Shown piece after piece: positions 17,142 to 26,886 of a stretch of DNA of 64,000 nt (the stretch's first letter is position 1; each line of letters begins with the position of its first letter). This DNA comes from Salinivirgaceae bacterium (GTDB lineage Bacteria > Bacteroidota > Bacteroidia > Bacteroidales > SZUA-534), in the NCBI GenBank assembly GCA_017551905.1, contig JAFZKK010000161.1, forward strand, positions 64,599 to 128,598. Direction: 5' to 3'. The translations under genes and the position numbers were made by a program. Below the pieces are notes generated by a model, which saw nothing but the letters and a program-made list of their open reading frames with translations, was not told the DNA's origin and ran no database searches.

Positions 17142-18221
17142 ATGGATAATCTTTTTCTACTGATTTTCATCGTTTTCATTATGGCCGTACTGTTGTTCGA
17201 CCTGTTGTTTGTCGGCAAAAACCACCATATAGTAAGCATTAAAGAGTCGGGCATTTGGACGGCCGTCTGGGTTTCGTTTGCGCTGTGTTTCTTTGTTTTT
17301 CTGCGCTATGGCGGACATTTGGTGCACGGTATCGACTCGTTTGAGAGCCTGCAGCACGTTACGCAAAAATACTCGCTCAACTTTAAATACGACGGTCTGC
17401 CGCTCGACAAGGCCATTGAGAACGGAATAACACTCGATTCGGCCATTGAGCAATACCAAAAAAGCTCGTCAATCGATTTTTTGTCGGGCTACCTGATTGA
17501 GGAGACGCTTTCGATTGATAATCTGTTTGTTATGCTGATGTTGCTGACTGGTTTCGGCGTCCGCAAGAAAGATTACAAATCGGTGTTGTTTTGGGGCATA
17601 CTCGGTGCCATTGTCCTGCGTATGGCGTTCATCTTCCTGGGCTCGTCGCTTATTCAGAAGTTCAACTGGATATTGCTTGTTTTCGGCGTCTATCTGGCTT
17701 ACATGGGTGTGAAAATGTTCTTCAAGAAAGATGACGAGGAGGCGCCCACCAATCCGCACGACAAGCCTATCGTTCGTTTTCTGTCGAAGCATTTCAGCGT
17801 TTATCCGCGCTACGTGAACGGCCGCTTTTTCATGCGCGACCACAAGGGCAAACTGTTCATTACGCCGTTGCTTATTGTTGTGGCCACCATTGAGTTCAGC
17901 GATGTCATTTTCGCTTTCGACAGCATTCCGGCAATCTTCTCGGTAACTTGCGACCCGTATATTGTTTTCTTCTCTAACATATTCGCAATCATTGGGTTAC
18001 GGTCGATGTTCTTTATGCTGGCCGGCGCAGTCGACAAGTTCTGTTACCTGAAACAGGGCGTGGCATTCTTGCTACTTTTTGTCGGCGTCAAATTGCTGGC
18101 GCACCATTGGCTCGACGAAATAGGGTTCAGCTCGCTGCACTCGCTCTATGTCATCTTGACAATAATAGTGCTCAGCATTGTGCTGTCGCTGTTGTTCCCG
18201 AAGAAACAAGCCGAAGCGTAA
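17142..18221 (+). CDS. TerC-family integral membrane protein
   Basis: Multi-pass membrane protein with the paired TerC motifs EETLSIDNLFVMLMLL and EFSDVIFAFDSIPAIFSVT...NIFAIIGLRSMFF. Confidence 0.85.
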   Translation: MDNLFLLIFIVFIMAVLLFDLLFVGKNHHIVSIKESGIWTAVWVSFALCFFVFLRYGGHLVHGIDSFESLQHVTQKYSLNFKYDGLPLDKAIENGITLDSAIEQYQKSSSIDFLSGYLIEETLSIDNLFVMLMLLTGFGVRKKDYKSVLFWGILGAIVLRMAFIFLGSSLIQKFNWILLVFGVYLAYMGVKMFFKKDDEEAPTNPHDKPIVRFLSKHFSVYPRYVNGRFFMRDHKGKLFITPLLIVVATIEFSDVIFAFDSIPAIFSVTCDPYIVFFSNIFAIIGLRSMFFMLAGAVDKFCYLKQGVAFLLLFVGVKLLAHHWLDEIGFSSLHSLYVILTIIVLSIVLSLLFPKKQAEA

Positions 18222-18239
18222 CTCCTTACTTAAGACAGT

Positions 18240-20705
18240 ATGGCGGCGCGTGCTCTTTTTGCCCAAGTGATTGTGCCTGTACCTGTTAAAGGAACTTTCA
18301 CCTACGAGATTCCCATTTCGATGACTGAGAGTGCCGCTGTGGGGCAGAGCGTTGTGGTTGAGTTTGGCGCCAAAAAACTCTACACGGGCATCATTCACAG
18401 CATCACGCCCACACCGCCCGAAGGCTTCAAAATAAAATCGATACAGAGCATCGCCAGTCTGCAACCCGTTGTCACTCAAGAGCAAATCGATTTCTGGCAA
18501 TGGGTGTCGAACTATTATATGTGTCCGATAGGCGATGTCTATAAAGCTGCCGTTCCGGTCGGTCTGCGTCCCGACAGCGACACCAAAATTCTGCCCGCCG
18601 ACAACGCACAAGCCGACACATCGGTGCTTACACCGGCGGAGCAATCGGTTTATTCGGCCTTGATTAAAGAGGAGGAGACCGACATTGGCCGACTGGCAAA
18701 AATAACAGGCGAGAAATCAATTCTTTCGATAGTCAAAAGCTTGTCGGATAAAGGCTTAGCCATAATAACCGAAGAGATTCACGGGCGCACCACACCGCGT
18801 CGGCAGAAAGTGCTGCGCATGTCGCCGCTGATAACCGACGCCGAGATGCTGAACCGCAAACTGGCGTTGCTGGCGCGCGGTGTCGACAAGCAACGGCAAG
18901 TGCTGATGTGGATTACCAACTTTCTTGGCGACGACGCTTTTCGCGGAAAGTCGGTGCTGCAAAAAGTGGTTATTGAGAAAGTGCCAACAACGGCAACAGT
19001 TGTCAAGACATTAGTCAGAAACGGCTTCTTGATTGAAGATTTTGAGGACGCGCTGCAACCGTCGCAACCGACTGATTGCCAATCAAAACACGAACTGAAC
19101 CAATATCAGCAAGCGGCCATTGAGCAAATCAGAACCGAGTTCGAAAGCAAACAGACGGTGCTTCTGCACGGAATAACCGGCAGCGGCAAAACCGAAATCT
19201 ATATCCACCTTATCGACGAGGTGCTGAAAAGCGGAAAGCGAGTGCTGTATATGCTGCCCGAGATTGCGCTTACATCGCAGATTGTTAACCGTTTGAAACA
19301 GTTTTTCGGCGACAAGGTGGGCGTCTATCACTCGAAACACACATCGACAGAGCGCACAAGGCTGTGGGAGAGCTTGCTCAGCGACGATTCGCCTTATCAG
19401 ATAATCTTGGGCGTTCGCTCGTCGATATTTCTGCCGCACAAGAATCTGGGGCTGATAATTGTTGACGAGGAGCACGAGAGTAGCTTCAAGCAATACGACC
19501 CGTCGCCGCGCTACAATGCCCGCGACCTGGCTGTAGTGCTTGGCTTGCAGCATAGCGCCAAAGTGCTTATGGGCTCGGCCACGCCGTCGCTCGAGAGTTA
19601 CTTTAACGCGCTGCATGGACGCTACGGCCTTGTAACGCTGAACCACCGCCACGGACCGGCTGTTCTGCCCGACATTGTGGTTGTCGACACCCAGCGCGAG
19701 CGGCACAAAAAACTCATGCAGCAATGCTTCAGCCAGACGTTGCTCAGCTACATCGACACGGCCCTCAATGCCGGCAAGCAAGTCATTTTGTTTCAGAACC
19801 GACGCGGCTACAGTCCGTTTTTGGAATGTAAGCAATGTGGCTACGTCCCCAAATGCGTGCATTGCGATGTTAGCCTCACTTATCACAAGTCAATCAATAA
19901 GTTAGTGTGTCATTATTGCGGTTACACTATCAACTTGCCAGGCAGTTGTCCGCACTGCGGTAACCCGATGCAGACAGCCGGTTTCGGCACCGAGCGCATC
20001 GAAGACGAGCTGAAAGCGATTTTTCCGCAAGCCGCAATAGCCCGACTAGACACCGACACCACGCGCAGCAAAATGGGCGCCGCCAACATCATCCGCGATT
20101 TTCAGGAACAGAAAACCAACATTCTCATTGGCACGCAAATGGTGTCGAAAGGACTTGATTTTGAGCACGTAAGCGTTGTCGGGATAATCAATGCCGACAA
20201 TATGCTGAGTTTCCCCGATTTCCGCGCCTACGAGCGCAGCTTCCAGCTTATGGCGCAGGTAAGTGGCCGCGCCGGTCGGAAAGACAAAAAAGGCACTGTC
20301 ATCATTCAGACGGCCAACCCCGAGAACAGCGTTGTGCAACAAGTTGTCAAAAACGATTATCAGGCTATGTATCAGGCACAAACCGAAGAACGACAGATGT
20401 TTTTCTACCCGCCGTTCAGCCGCTTGATTTCGATAACGCTAAAACACCGCGACCGCACTGTTGTTGAGAAAGGAGCGCGTGAACTTTTCGACCAGATTCA
20501 GAAAATCGAAGGTCTTACGGCTCTCGGTCCCACCGTGCCGGCCATAAACCGCGTGCAGAACTTCTACCTGATGGACATTCTCATCAAGCTGTCGAAAACC
20601 GATGGCATGGCGGCAAAAAGGCAGATGCTCGAAGCCATTGACCAATTCTTGGAACAGCCTGAATACAAGAACGTTGTGATTGTCCCCGATGTCGACCCAA
20701 TGTAA
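18240..20705 (+). CDS. priA: primosomal protein N' (replication restart helicase PriA)
   Basis: 821 aa. Walker A GITGSGKTE, DEEH box (IIVDEEHESSFKQ) and the Cys-rich zinc module CKQCGYVPKCVHCDVSLTYHKSINKLVCHYCG...CPHCG. Confidence 0.95.
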   Translation: MAARALFAQVIVPVPVKGTFTYEIPISMTESAAVGQSVVVEFGAKKLYTGIIHSITPTPPEGFKIKSIQSIASLQPVVTQEQIDFWQWVSNYYMCPIGDVYKAAVPVGLRPDSDTKILPADNAQADTSVLTPAEQSVYSALIKEEETDIGRLAKITGEKSILSIVKSLSDKGLAIITEEIHGRTTPRRQKVLRMSPLITDAEMLNRKLALLARGVDKQRQVLMWITNFLGDDAFRGKSVLQKVVIEKVPTTATVVKTLVRNGFLIEDFEDALQPSQPTDCQSKHELNQYQQAAIEQIRTEFESKQTVLLHGITGSGKTEIYIHLIDEVLKSGKRVLYMLPEIALTSQIVNRLKQFFGDKVGVYHSKHTSTERTRLWESLLSDDSPYQIILGVRSSIFLPHKNLGLIIVDEEHESSFKQYDPSPRYNARDLAVVLGLQHSAKVLMGSATPSLESYFNALHGRYGLVTLNHRHGPAVLPDIVVVDTQRERHKKLMQQCFSQTLLSYIDTALNAGKQVILFQNRRGYSPFLECKQCGYVPKCVHCDVSLTYHKSINKLVCHYCGYTINLPGSCPHCGNPMQTAGFGTERIEDELKAIFPQAAIARLDTDTTRSKMGAANIIRDFQEQKTNILIGTQMVSKGLDFEHVSVVGIINADNMLSFPDFRAYERSFQLMAQVSGRAGRKDKKGTVIIQTANPENSVVQQVVKNDYQAMYQAQTEERQMFFYPPFSRLISITLKHRDRTVVEKGARELFDQIQKIEGLTALGPTVPAINRVQNFYLMDILIKLSKTDGMAAKRQMLEAIDQFLEQPEYKNVVIVPDVDPM

Positions 20706-20829
20706 AACCGGAGCTGTAACTTGTTGGTTCACAGCGATTGTATAAAATCATTCGACATCAATCATCCGCAACATCATAAGTTTTTTTAACTTCGAAAGCT
20801 TTTAGGAAAGAAACCGAAAGGCGACTAAA

Positions 20830-23394
20830 ATGGCTTTTTATATGAAAATCAGTTTTAAAGCGACATTGTTGCTACTACTTTCCCCGTTTGCAACTTTAGC
20901 GCAGGAGCCGGAGCCGAAAACCAACGACATTGAGCCTTCGGGCCTCGATTCGTACGACATTTTTCTGTCGGAGGCCGAACTCGACGAGAGCGGTGCCACA
21001 GTTGGCTCAATATCAGGGATTCTGAGCTCGTCGCAAGATTTGTATCAGAACACGGCGGGCTATCTGTTTGGCTCCACGCGCTATCGAGTTAAAGGATTCG
21101 CCTCGAACCAGGAGAGCGTGACAATCAACGGAATACCAATGAGCGACCCGTCGACAGGGCGCACCTCGTTTGCTCTCTGGGGCGGCTTGAACGATGTTAC
21201 GCGCTATCCGTCGGTGGTGCCGGGTATTGGTTTTTCAGAATATTCGTACGGCGATGTCGGCGGCATTGTCAACTACTCGATGATTGCGTCGGAGAAGCGG
21301 AAGGGCTTCCGCACAACATATTCCTACGGCAACAACGCTTACCGCCACCGCGCTATGATAACCTACAACTCGGGCTTGCTGCCAAGCGGCTGGGCGTTCT
21401 CGGTTTCGGGCTCGCGCCGATTTGCAGAGGAAGGCTACGTTGAGGGCTGCAGCTACGACGCTTGGGGCTATTTTCTGGCTGTCGAAAAACAGATAAACGA
21501 CCGCCACAGCTTGAACTTCGCCGGATTTGGCGCACCACGTACCAACGGCCGCGCATCGGCTTCGACACAAGAGGCCTACGACCTTGCCGGCAGCAACTAC
21601 TACAACCCCAACTGGGGCTGGCAGAACGGGCGCAAGCGCAACGCCAGCATGGCCAAATCGCACCAGCCCGTGCTGATGCTCACTCACAAATGGAAAATAT
21701 CTGACGCGGCTGAGCTCACAACCTCGGCGGCCTACGGGTTCGGACGCTACGGCACATCGTCGATAAGCTGGGTTTCGGGTAACGACCCGCGCCCCGACTA
21801 TTACAAAAATTTGCCGAGCTACTATCTGACAACCAAGCTGAACCTTGATGAATACGAGGCGCAGAAGCTCGACTGGGAGACGAACGAGAACCGCCGCCAA
21901 CTAAACTGGGAAGGATTCTACACAGCCAACCGCAACCGCGTCGACCAGATTTTTGACGCCAACGGAACGATGATTGCCGCCGGTTTCCGCGCCAACTATC
22001 TTGTGCAGGAGCGCCGCAGCGACAAGCGGCAGTTCAACTTGTCGTCAATCTACAACTACAGCCACGACAACCTGTCGTGGAACGTTGGCGTTAATGCGGT
22101 GATTTTCAAAGGTTATAACTTTATGACGATTGTCGATTTGCTTGGAGCCGACTATTATCTCGACGTCGATAAATATGTTATGCGCGACAGCATTCCGACA
22201 CCAGGCCAGCGCATACCTGACGCCGCCAACAGCGACCTCAACAATCCAAACCGCATCTGCCATGTGGGCGACAAATGCGGCTACTACTACATTGCCAACC
22301 ACAACAACGCCGAGCTTTTCGGACAGGTGGTTTACAGCCTTCAGCAACTTGAGTTTATGGGCGGCGCAAAAGTTCGTTACACCAATTTCTGGCGCACGGG
22401 TAAATGGCGCAACGGCATCCACGCCGACAACTCATACGGCGACAGCAAGCATCAGACATTTGTCGATTTCAGCCTGAAAGCCGGCGCTACTTACAAAATC
22501 AACGGTCGCAATCATGTCATTCTTAACGCTTTGTATCAGACCGACGCGCCATCGTTCCAAAACTCGTTTGAGACAGTGCGAACAAGCAACGCCACTGTCG
22601 ATAATCTGAAAAGCCGCAAAGTGGCCGCCACCGACCTCTCGTATAACGTGCGTCTGCCAAAGCTGAAAACGCGCGCATCGGTCTATTACTCATTCAACGC
22701 CGACGATATGTCGGTTCGTAATGTCTACATCGAAGGCCGCGACGAACAGACAAGCAACGGCGGAGTTTACGGAAGCTACATCTGGCGCGATATGGACCGC
22801 ATACACTACGGAGCCGAGCTTGGCTTGGAGTGGGATGTGACGCCGTCGCTGCAATACCAGCTGGCTGGCGGCATCGGGCGCTTCGCCTACTCAAACCGTC
22901 CGACAATCCAAATCATCTCCGATGACGGAATGACCAATCAGACCGACATCGCCTACTTGAAAAACTACCGCCTGGGCGGATTCCCGCAGAGCGCCTTTGC
23001 CACGGGCCTTCGCTACAGCATCAACTACTGGAACATAGGCGCAACGGTCAGCTATTATGCCGACATCTACACCGACATGTTCCCCGAGCGCCTCACCAAG
23101 TATGCGCTCGAAGGCTATACTCCTGAGCATGAGAACTATCGGAAGATAACCCATCAGGAAAAACTCGACAACAGTTTCATTGTCGATTTGTATGTGAGCA
23201 AAAGTTGGCGCATTGCTGACAGCTATTATTTAGGGTTCAATTTGAGTGTCGATAACTTGCTGAATAATACCGACTTTGCTTATTCGGCCTATCAGCAATT
23301 CCGTCTCGACAAAAGAAACCCCGACCGTTTCCAATCGAAATACAACTACATGTGGGGACGGCAATTATTTGTTAATTTAAATTTCAGATTCTAA
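20830..23394 (+). CDS. TonB-dependent receptor-like outer-membrane beta-barrel with plug domain
   Basis: Signal peptide (MKISFKATLLLLLSPFATLAQ; an alternative start is at 20842). Plug-like VTINGIPMSDPSTGR...WGGLNDV, Y/G/N-rich beta-strand pattern, C-terminal ...LFVNLNFRF. Confidence 0.75.
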   Translation: MAFYMKISFKATLLLLLSPFATLAQEPEPKTNDIEPSGLDSYDIFLSEAELDESGATVGSISGILSSSQDLYQNTAGYLFGSTRYRVKGFASNQESVTINGIPMSDPSTGRTSFALWGGLNDVTRYPSVVPGIGFSEYSYGDVGGIVNYSMIASEKRKGFRTTYSYGNNAYRHRAMITYNSGLLPSGWAFSVSGSRRFAEEGYVEGCSYDAWGYFLAVEKQINDRHSLNFAGFGAPRTNGRASASTQEAYDLAGSNYYNPNWGWQNGRKRNASMAKSHQPVLMLTHKWKISDAAELTTSAAYGFGRYGTSSISWVSGNDPRPDYYKNLPSYYLTTKLNLDEYEAQKLDWETNENRRQLNWEGFYTANRNRVDQIFDANGTMIAAGFRANYLVQERRSDKRQFNLSSIYNYSHDNLSWNVGVNAVIFKGYNFMTIVDLLGADYYLDVDKYVMRDSIPTPGQRIPDAANSDLNNPNRICHVGDKCGYYYIANHNNAELFGQVVYSLQQLEFMGGAKVRYTNFWRTGKWRNGIHADNSYGDSKHQTFVDFSLKAGATYKINGRNHVILNALYQTDAPSFQNSFETVRTSNATVDNLKSRKVAATDLSYNVRLPKLKTRASVYYSFNADDMSVRNVYIEGRDEQTSNGGVYGSYIWRDMDRIHYGAELGLEWDVTPSLQYQLAGGIGRFAYSNRPTIQIISDDGMTNQTDIAYLKNYRLGGFPQSAFATGLRYSINYWNIGATVSYYADIYTDMFPERLTKYALEGYTPEHENYRKITHQEKLDNSFIVDLYVSKSWRIADSYYLGFNLSVDNLLNNTDFAYSAYQQFRLDKRNPDRFQSKYNYMWGRQLFVNLNFRF

Positions 23395-23407
23395 ACAACT
23401 TACCAAT

Positions 23408-25585
23408 ATGAGAACTTCGTTTTTAAATAGTATAACGGCCTTGTCGGCGGCATTGGTTTTGAGCGCTTGCATCGATAACGATTTCGATGCACCGGATTAT
23501 GTTGCACTACCTAACGGAGCAACCGTCACTGTATCTGATATTTACGATATGCATGCGAAGAAACAGGCTTCGTTTGTCATAACCGACACAGCCTATCTCT
23601 ACGCCACCGTGATAGGCGACGAGAGTAGCGGCAACCTCTACAAGCAGCTTTACGTTCAGGACGAGACGGGCGGCATCAACCTGCAGCTTGAGGCAAGTGC
23701 GGCGAATGTCCGTATTGGCGATTATGTCAAGATTGTGCTCAACGGACTTTCGGTGTCGAAATACAACGAGCTGATGCAGCTTGGCGGCATTGACCCGGCC
23801 TACGACATCATTGTTCAACGCAACGAGTGCTACATTGAGCCTGAGGTGGTTACCATAAAACAGCTTAACAATTCCGATTTTGCCTATACCTGCAAACTTG
23901 TGCGACTCGAAAACGTGCAGTTTGCAGCATCTGACACTGCCGGAACATACGCCGACGGCTACGCACAAACATCTAAGAATCTGACGCTTACCGACAGCCT
24001 TGGCAACGAGGTTATTGTCCGTAACAGCGGCTACGCCAACTTTGCCAACAAGAAAGTGATTGGCGGTCGCGGCAATGCGATATTCATAGTCAGCCGCTAC
24101 TCCTCGACAGTACAGTTGCTTATCCGAAACGTTAACGAGCTTGAACTGACAGGCGCGCGTTTTGTATCGGGACAAGAGAAAGATGCAGTGTTCAGTCAGA
24201 CTTTCGACAGCAATTTCGGCAGCTTCACCACATTCAGCGTGTCAGGTGAGCAAACGTGGGCTATAAGCTACAGCACCGCCACAATGACGGGATATGCCAA
24301 CTCTACCAACTACGACAACGAAGACTGGCTCATATCGCCCGAAATCGATTTGACAAACGAGACAGCCGCAGGCTTCAGCATGAGCTATATTGCCCGCTAT
24401 TTCAGCGACATCAACAGCGACATAACTTTGCAAGTGTCAACCGATTACAAAGCCGGCAAGTCGCCGACAAACGCAACGTGGACAACCGTTCAGGCAACTT
24501 GGACCGAAGGCTCCGACTGGAACACCTTTGCCACAACAAACCTTGACATAAGCGCGTACGCTGGCAAAAAGATAACCGTTGCCATAAAATACATATCGAC
24601 ATCGAAAAAGGCTGGTACACTTGAGATTAAGTCGATAAGCATAACCAACAAAGTTGAAAGTAATACCACCCCTGGCAACAACACAAGTGCCGGAACATTC
24701 GAGGCTCCGCTCAGCGTGTCGGATGCCGCAACCGCAACTGGCACAAAATGGGTAAAAGCTTATATTGTAGGTGTTTATGAGACAAAAGACGCAAGCGGCG
24801 CCACTTTAGAAAAATACGCCATGAGCACTAAAGCGCCGTTCTACACCGCCACCAATCTTCTTATAGCCGCATCGGCAACCGAAACAGACCTAAGCAAATG
24901 CCTGACAGTGCAACTCCCGACTGGCGACATCCGCGCAGCGCTCAACCTTGTCGACAATGCGTCGAATTTGGGCAAGGAGGTGATGATTTACGGCTCGCTC
25001 GAGAAATACTTCAACATGCCCGGTGTGAAGTCGCTCACCGGTTATTGGCTCGATGGCAACGGCATCAAACCTGACAACGGCGGCGGCACAAACAACGGTA
25101 ACACAAACGCCATTTTTGCCGAAGCGTTCGATAAGAGCCAAGGGCAGTTCGTCATCCACGATGTGGATAAAGGTGAACTCAGCTATGTATGGATTTTTGA
25201 CAAGAAATACACTTGCATGAAAGCAAGCGCATACTACAACAGCAAACAAAACGAATCGGATAGTTGGCTTGTGTCGCCTGCCATAACGCTGGGCTCCGGC
25301 ACAAACAAACTGTCGTTCCAACAGGCCGCAAACTATGTGGCACAGCCGAAAGATGCGCTTCATGTGATGATTTCAACCGACTTTGACGGTGATGTTGCAA
25401 GTGCCGATTGGACCGAACTCAACGATGATATTTCGACATGGCCGACCGGAAGCGATTTCAAATTTGTTACCTCAACCGCCGACCTTAGCGCCTTTGCCGG
25501 AAAGACAATCTATGTGGCTTTCCAATACACCAGCACCGACAGCGAGGCGGCGACATGGGAGATAAAAGATTTTAAGATAGAGTAA
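23408..25585 (+). CDS. surface lipoprotein with DUF5689-like N-terminal domain and two choice-of-anchor-J-like domains
   Basis: Lipobox LVLSAC. Repeated 'EDWLISPEIDL' / 'SDSWLVSPAITL' motifs with 'ISTDY/ISTDF' segments. Located 13 nt downstream of the TonB-dependent receptor, so probably an operon. Confidence 0.6.
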   Translation: MRTSFLNSITALSAALVLSACIDNDFDAPDYVALPNGATVTVSDIYDMHAKKQASFVITDTAYLYATVIGDESSGNLYKQLYVQDETGGINLQLEASAANVRIGDYVKIVLNGLSVSKYNELMQLGGIDPAYDIIVQRNECYIEPEVVTIKQLNNSDFAYTCKLVRLENVQFAASDTAGTYADGYAQTSKNLTLTDSLGNEVIVRNSGYANFANKKVIGGRGNAIFIVSRYSSTVQLLIRNVNELELTGARFVSGQEKDAVFSQTFDSNFGSFTTFSVSGEQTWAISYSTATMTGYANSTNYDNEDWLISPEIDLTNETAAGFSMSYIARYFSDINSDITLQVSTDYKAGKSPTNATWTTVQATWTEGSDWNTFATTNLDISAYAGKKITVAIKYISTSKKAGTLEIKSISITNKVESNTTPGNNTSAGTFEAPLSVSDAATATGTKWVKAYIVGVYETKDASGATLEKYAMSTKAPFYTATNLLIAASATETDLSKCLTVQLPTGDIRAALNLVDNASNLGKEVMIYGSLEKYFNMPGVKSLTGYWLDGNGIKPDNGGGTNNGNTNAIFAEAFDKSQGQFVIHDVDKGELSYVWIFDKKYTCMKASAYYNSKQNESDSWLVSPAITLGSGTNKLSFQQAANYVAQPKDALHVMISTDFDGDVASADWTELNDDISTWPTGSDFKFVTSTADLSAFAGKTIYVAFQYTSTDSEAATWEIKDFKIE

Positions 25586-25708
25586 AAGGTAGAGTGTAAA
25601 GTGTAGAGTTGAAAAGGCATAAGGCACAAGTCATAAGTAGTTATAAATTGTGAACTTATAATCATGTATTAATCATTAAACTTTAAACATTTATCATTAC
25701 TCAAAAAC

Positions 25709-26164
25709 ATGCGAGTTGTAATTCAACGTGTTAAGCAATCGAGTGTAACCATCGGAGGTGAGATGGTGGCAAAGATTGGTGCTGGCCTAATGGTTTTGTT
25801 AGGAATTGAGCCAGCCGACACCAGCGCCGATGTCGATTACTTGTGCGGCAAAATCGCGCGCCTGCGCATCTTCGACGACGAGAACGGCGTTATGAACCGC
25901 TCGGTTTGCGATGTGGGCGGCCAGCTGTTGGTGGTGTCGCAGTTCACGCTGTTTGCGCAAACAAGCCACGGCAACCGCCCGTCGTACATCCGCGCCGCCC
26001 GACCCGAGCAAGCCATCCCACTCTACGAAGAGTTTGTGAGCAAGTTGGAAACCGCATCGGGCATCCGTCCGCAAACCGGCCGCTTTGGCGCAATGATGGA
26101 CGTTGAACTCATCAACGACGGGCCTGTGACCATCATCATCGACAGCCACGAGAAGGATTTTTAA
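25709..26164 (+). CDS. dtd: D-aminoacyl-tRNA deacylase
   Basis: 151 aa. MRVVIQRV...SQFTL...G.RPS...A..P..A..LYE are canonical Dtd motifs. Confidence 0.9.
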   Translation: MRVVIQRVKQSSVTIGGEMVAKIGAGLMVLLGIEPADTSADVDYLCGKIARLRIFDDENGVMNRSVCDVGGQLLVVSQFTLFAQTSHGNRPSYIRAARPEQAIPLYEEFVSKLETASGIRPQTGRFGAMMDVELINDGPVTIIIDSHEKDF

Positions 26165-26178
26165 TGCTTGATTATCAG

Positions 26179-26580
26179 CTATCTGATTTGCTCTAATTTC
26201 GACACCAGCGACTCAACAAACTCGGTCAGCGGTTTCTTCACCATAACCGACATCAGCGGATTGACATCGGCATCGAAAGTTACCCGAACCTTCGATTCGG
26301 TTGTGTTATAAGGCACAAGCTGAATCCACATTTTGAACTGCAGTGGGCCTTCGCAGTTCTCCATTTTCAAGAGTTTCGGCTCCTGCCGCTCTACAATGCG
26401 CATACCTACGCGACCAGCATTGGCAATGGTGAAAGTGCACGAGTCGGGAGTTGCCTCAACATCGGTTATCTTGTCGTTAGCCGGCAGCATTGTGGTGTTT
26501 ATGCGGCTGAAGTCGGAAATCAAAGAGTAGACGCGCTCAGGCGTTGCGTAGATGTGGCCAATTCGGCTTTCGATTCTCAT
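26179..26580 (-). CDS. SRPBCC (START/Bet v1-like) fold protein
   Basis: 133 aa. The pattern (I.A.PE.VY.LISDF......P......VE..PDS) resembles CoxG/polyketide-cyclase-like SRPBCC proteins. The function call is tentative. Confidence 0.5.
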   Translation of the reverse strand: MRIESRIGHIYATPERVYSLISDFSRINTTMLPANDKITDVEATPDSCTFTIANAGRVGMRIVERQEPKLLKMENCEGPLQFKMWIQLVPYNTTESKVRVTFDADVNPLMSVMVKKPLTEFVESLVSKLEQIR

Positions 26581-26631
26581 AACGGACTTTTTTTGGCAAA
26601 ATAAATCAAGATTTGCGAATTATTGGCCGAC

Positions 26632-26662
26632 AAAAAACGGACGGCTCTGCCGAACCGCCCGT
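26632..26662 (-). terminator. terminator-like hairpin inside the 5' leader of the SRPBCC gene
   Basis: The minus strand reads ACGGGCGG-ttcggcagag-CCGTCCGT followed by TTTTTTG, about 50 nt upstream of ATG 26580. No gene lies upstream on that strand. Confidence 0.4.
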
Positions 26663-26858
26663 GCAACTAATTATAAAACGTATGATGTATGTCATCTGTA
26701 TCAAAGACGGGTTGAAGAGGCGATAAGTTGCGCCATTTATTGTATTTTTTCATCAAAAAATAATGTACTTTCGTCACAAAAATCACCAGTTTCGTCATAG
26801 GCTTAAATTTGTCACCAAAAAATATGACGGTTTTAGTATAATTTTATATGGATAATTA

Positions 26859-26866
26859 TAATTTTG
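26859..26866 (+). promoter_or_regulatory. candidate -7 box (TAATTTTG) for the 26887 lipoprotein gene
   Basis: Exact TAnnTTTG match 20 nt upstream of the ATG. The -33 element is weak. Confidence 0.35.
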
Positions 26867-26886
26867 TCTGCAAACACAACTTTATT

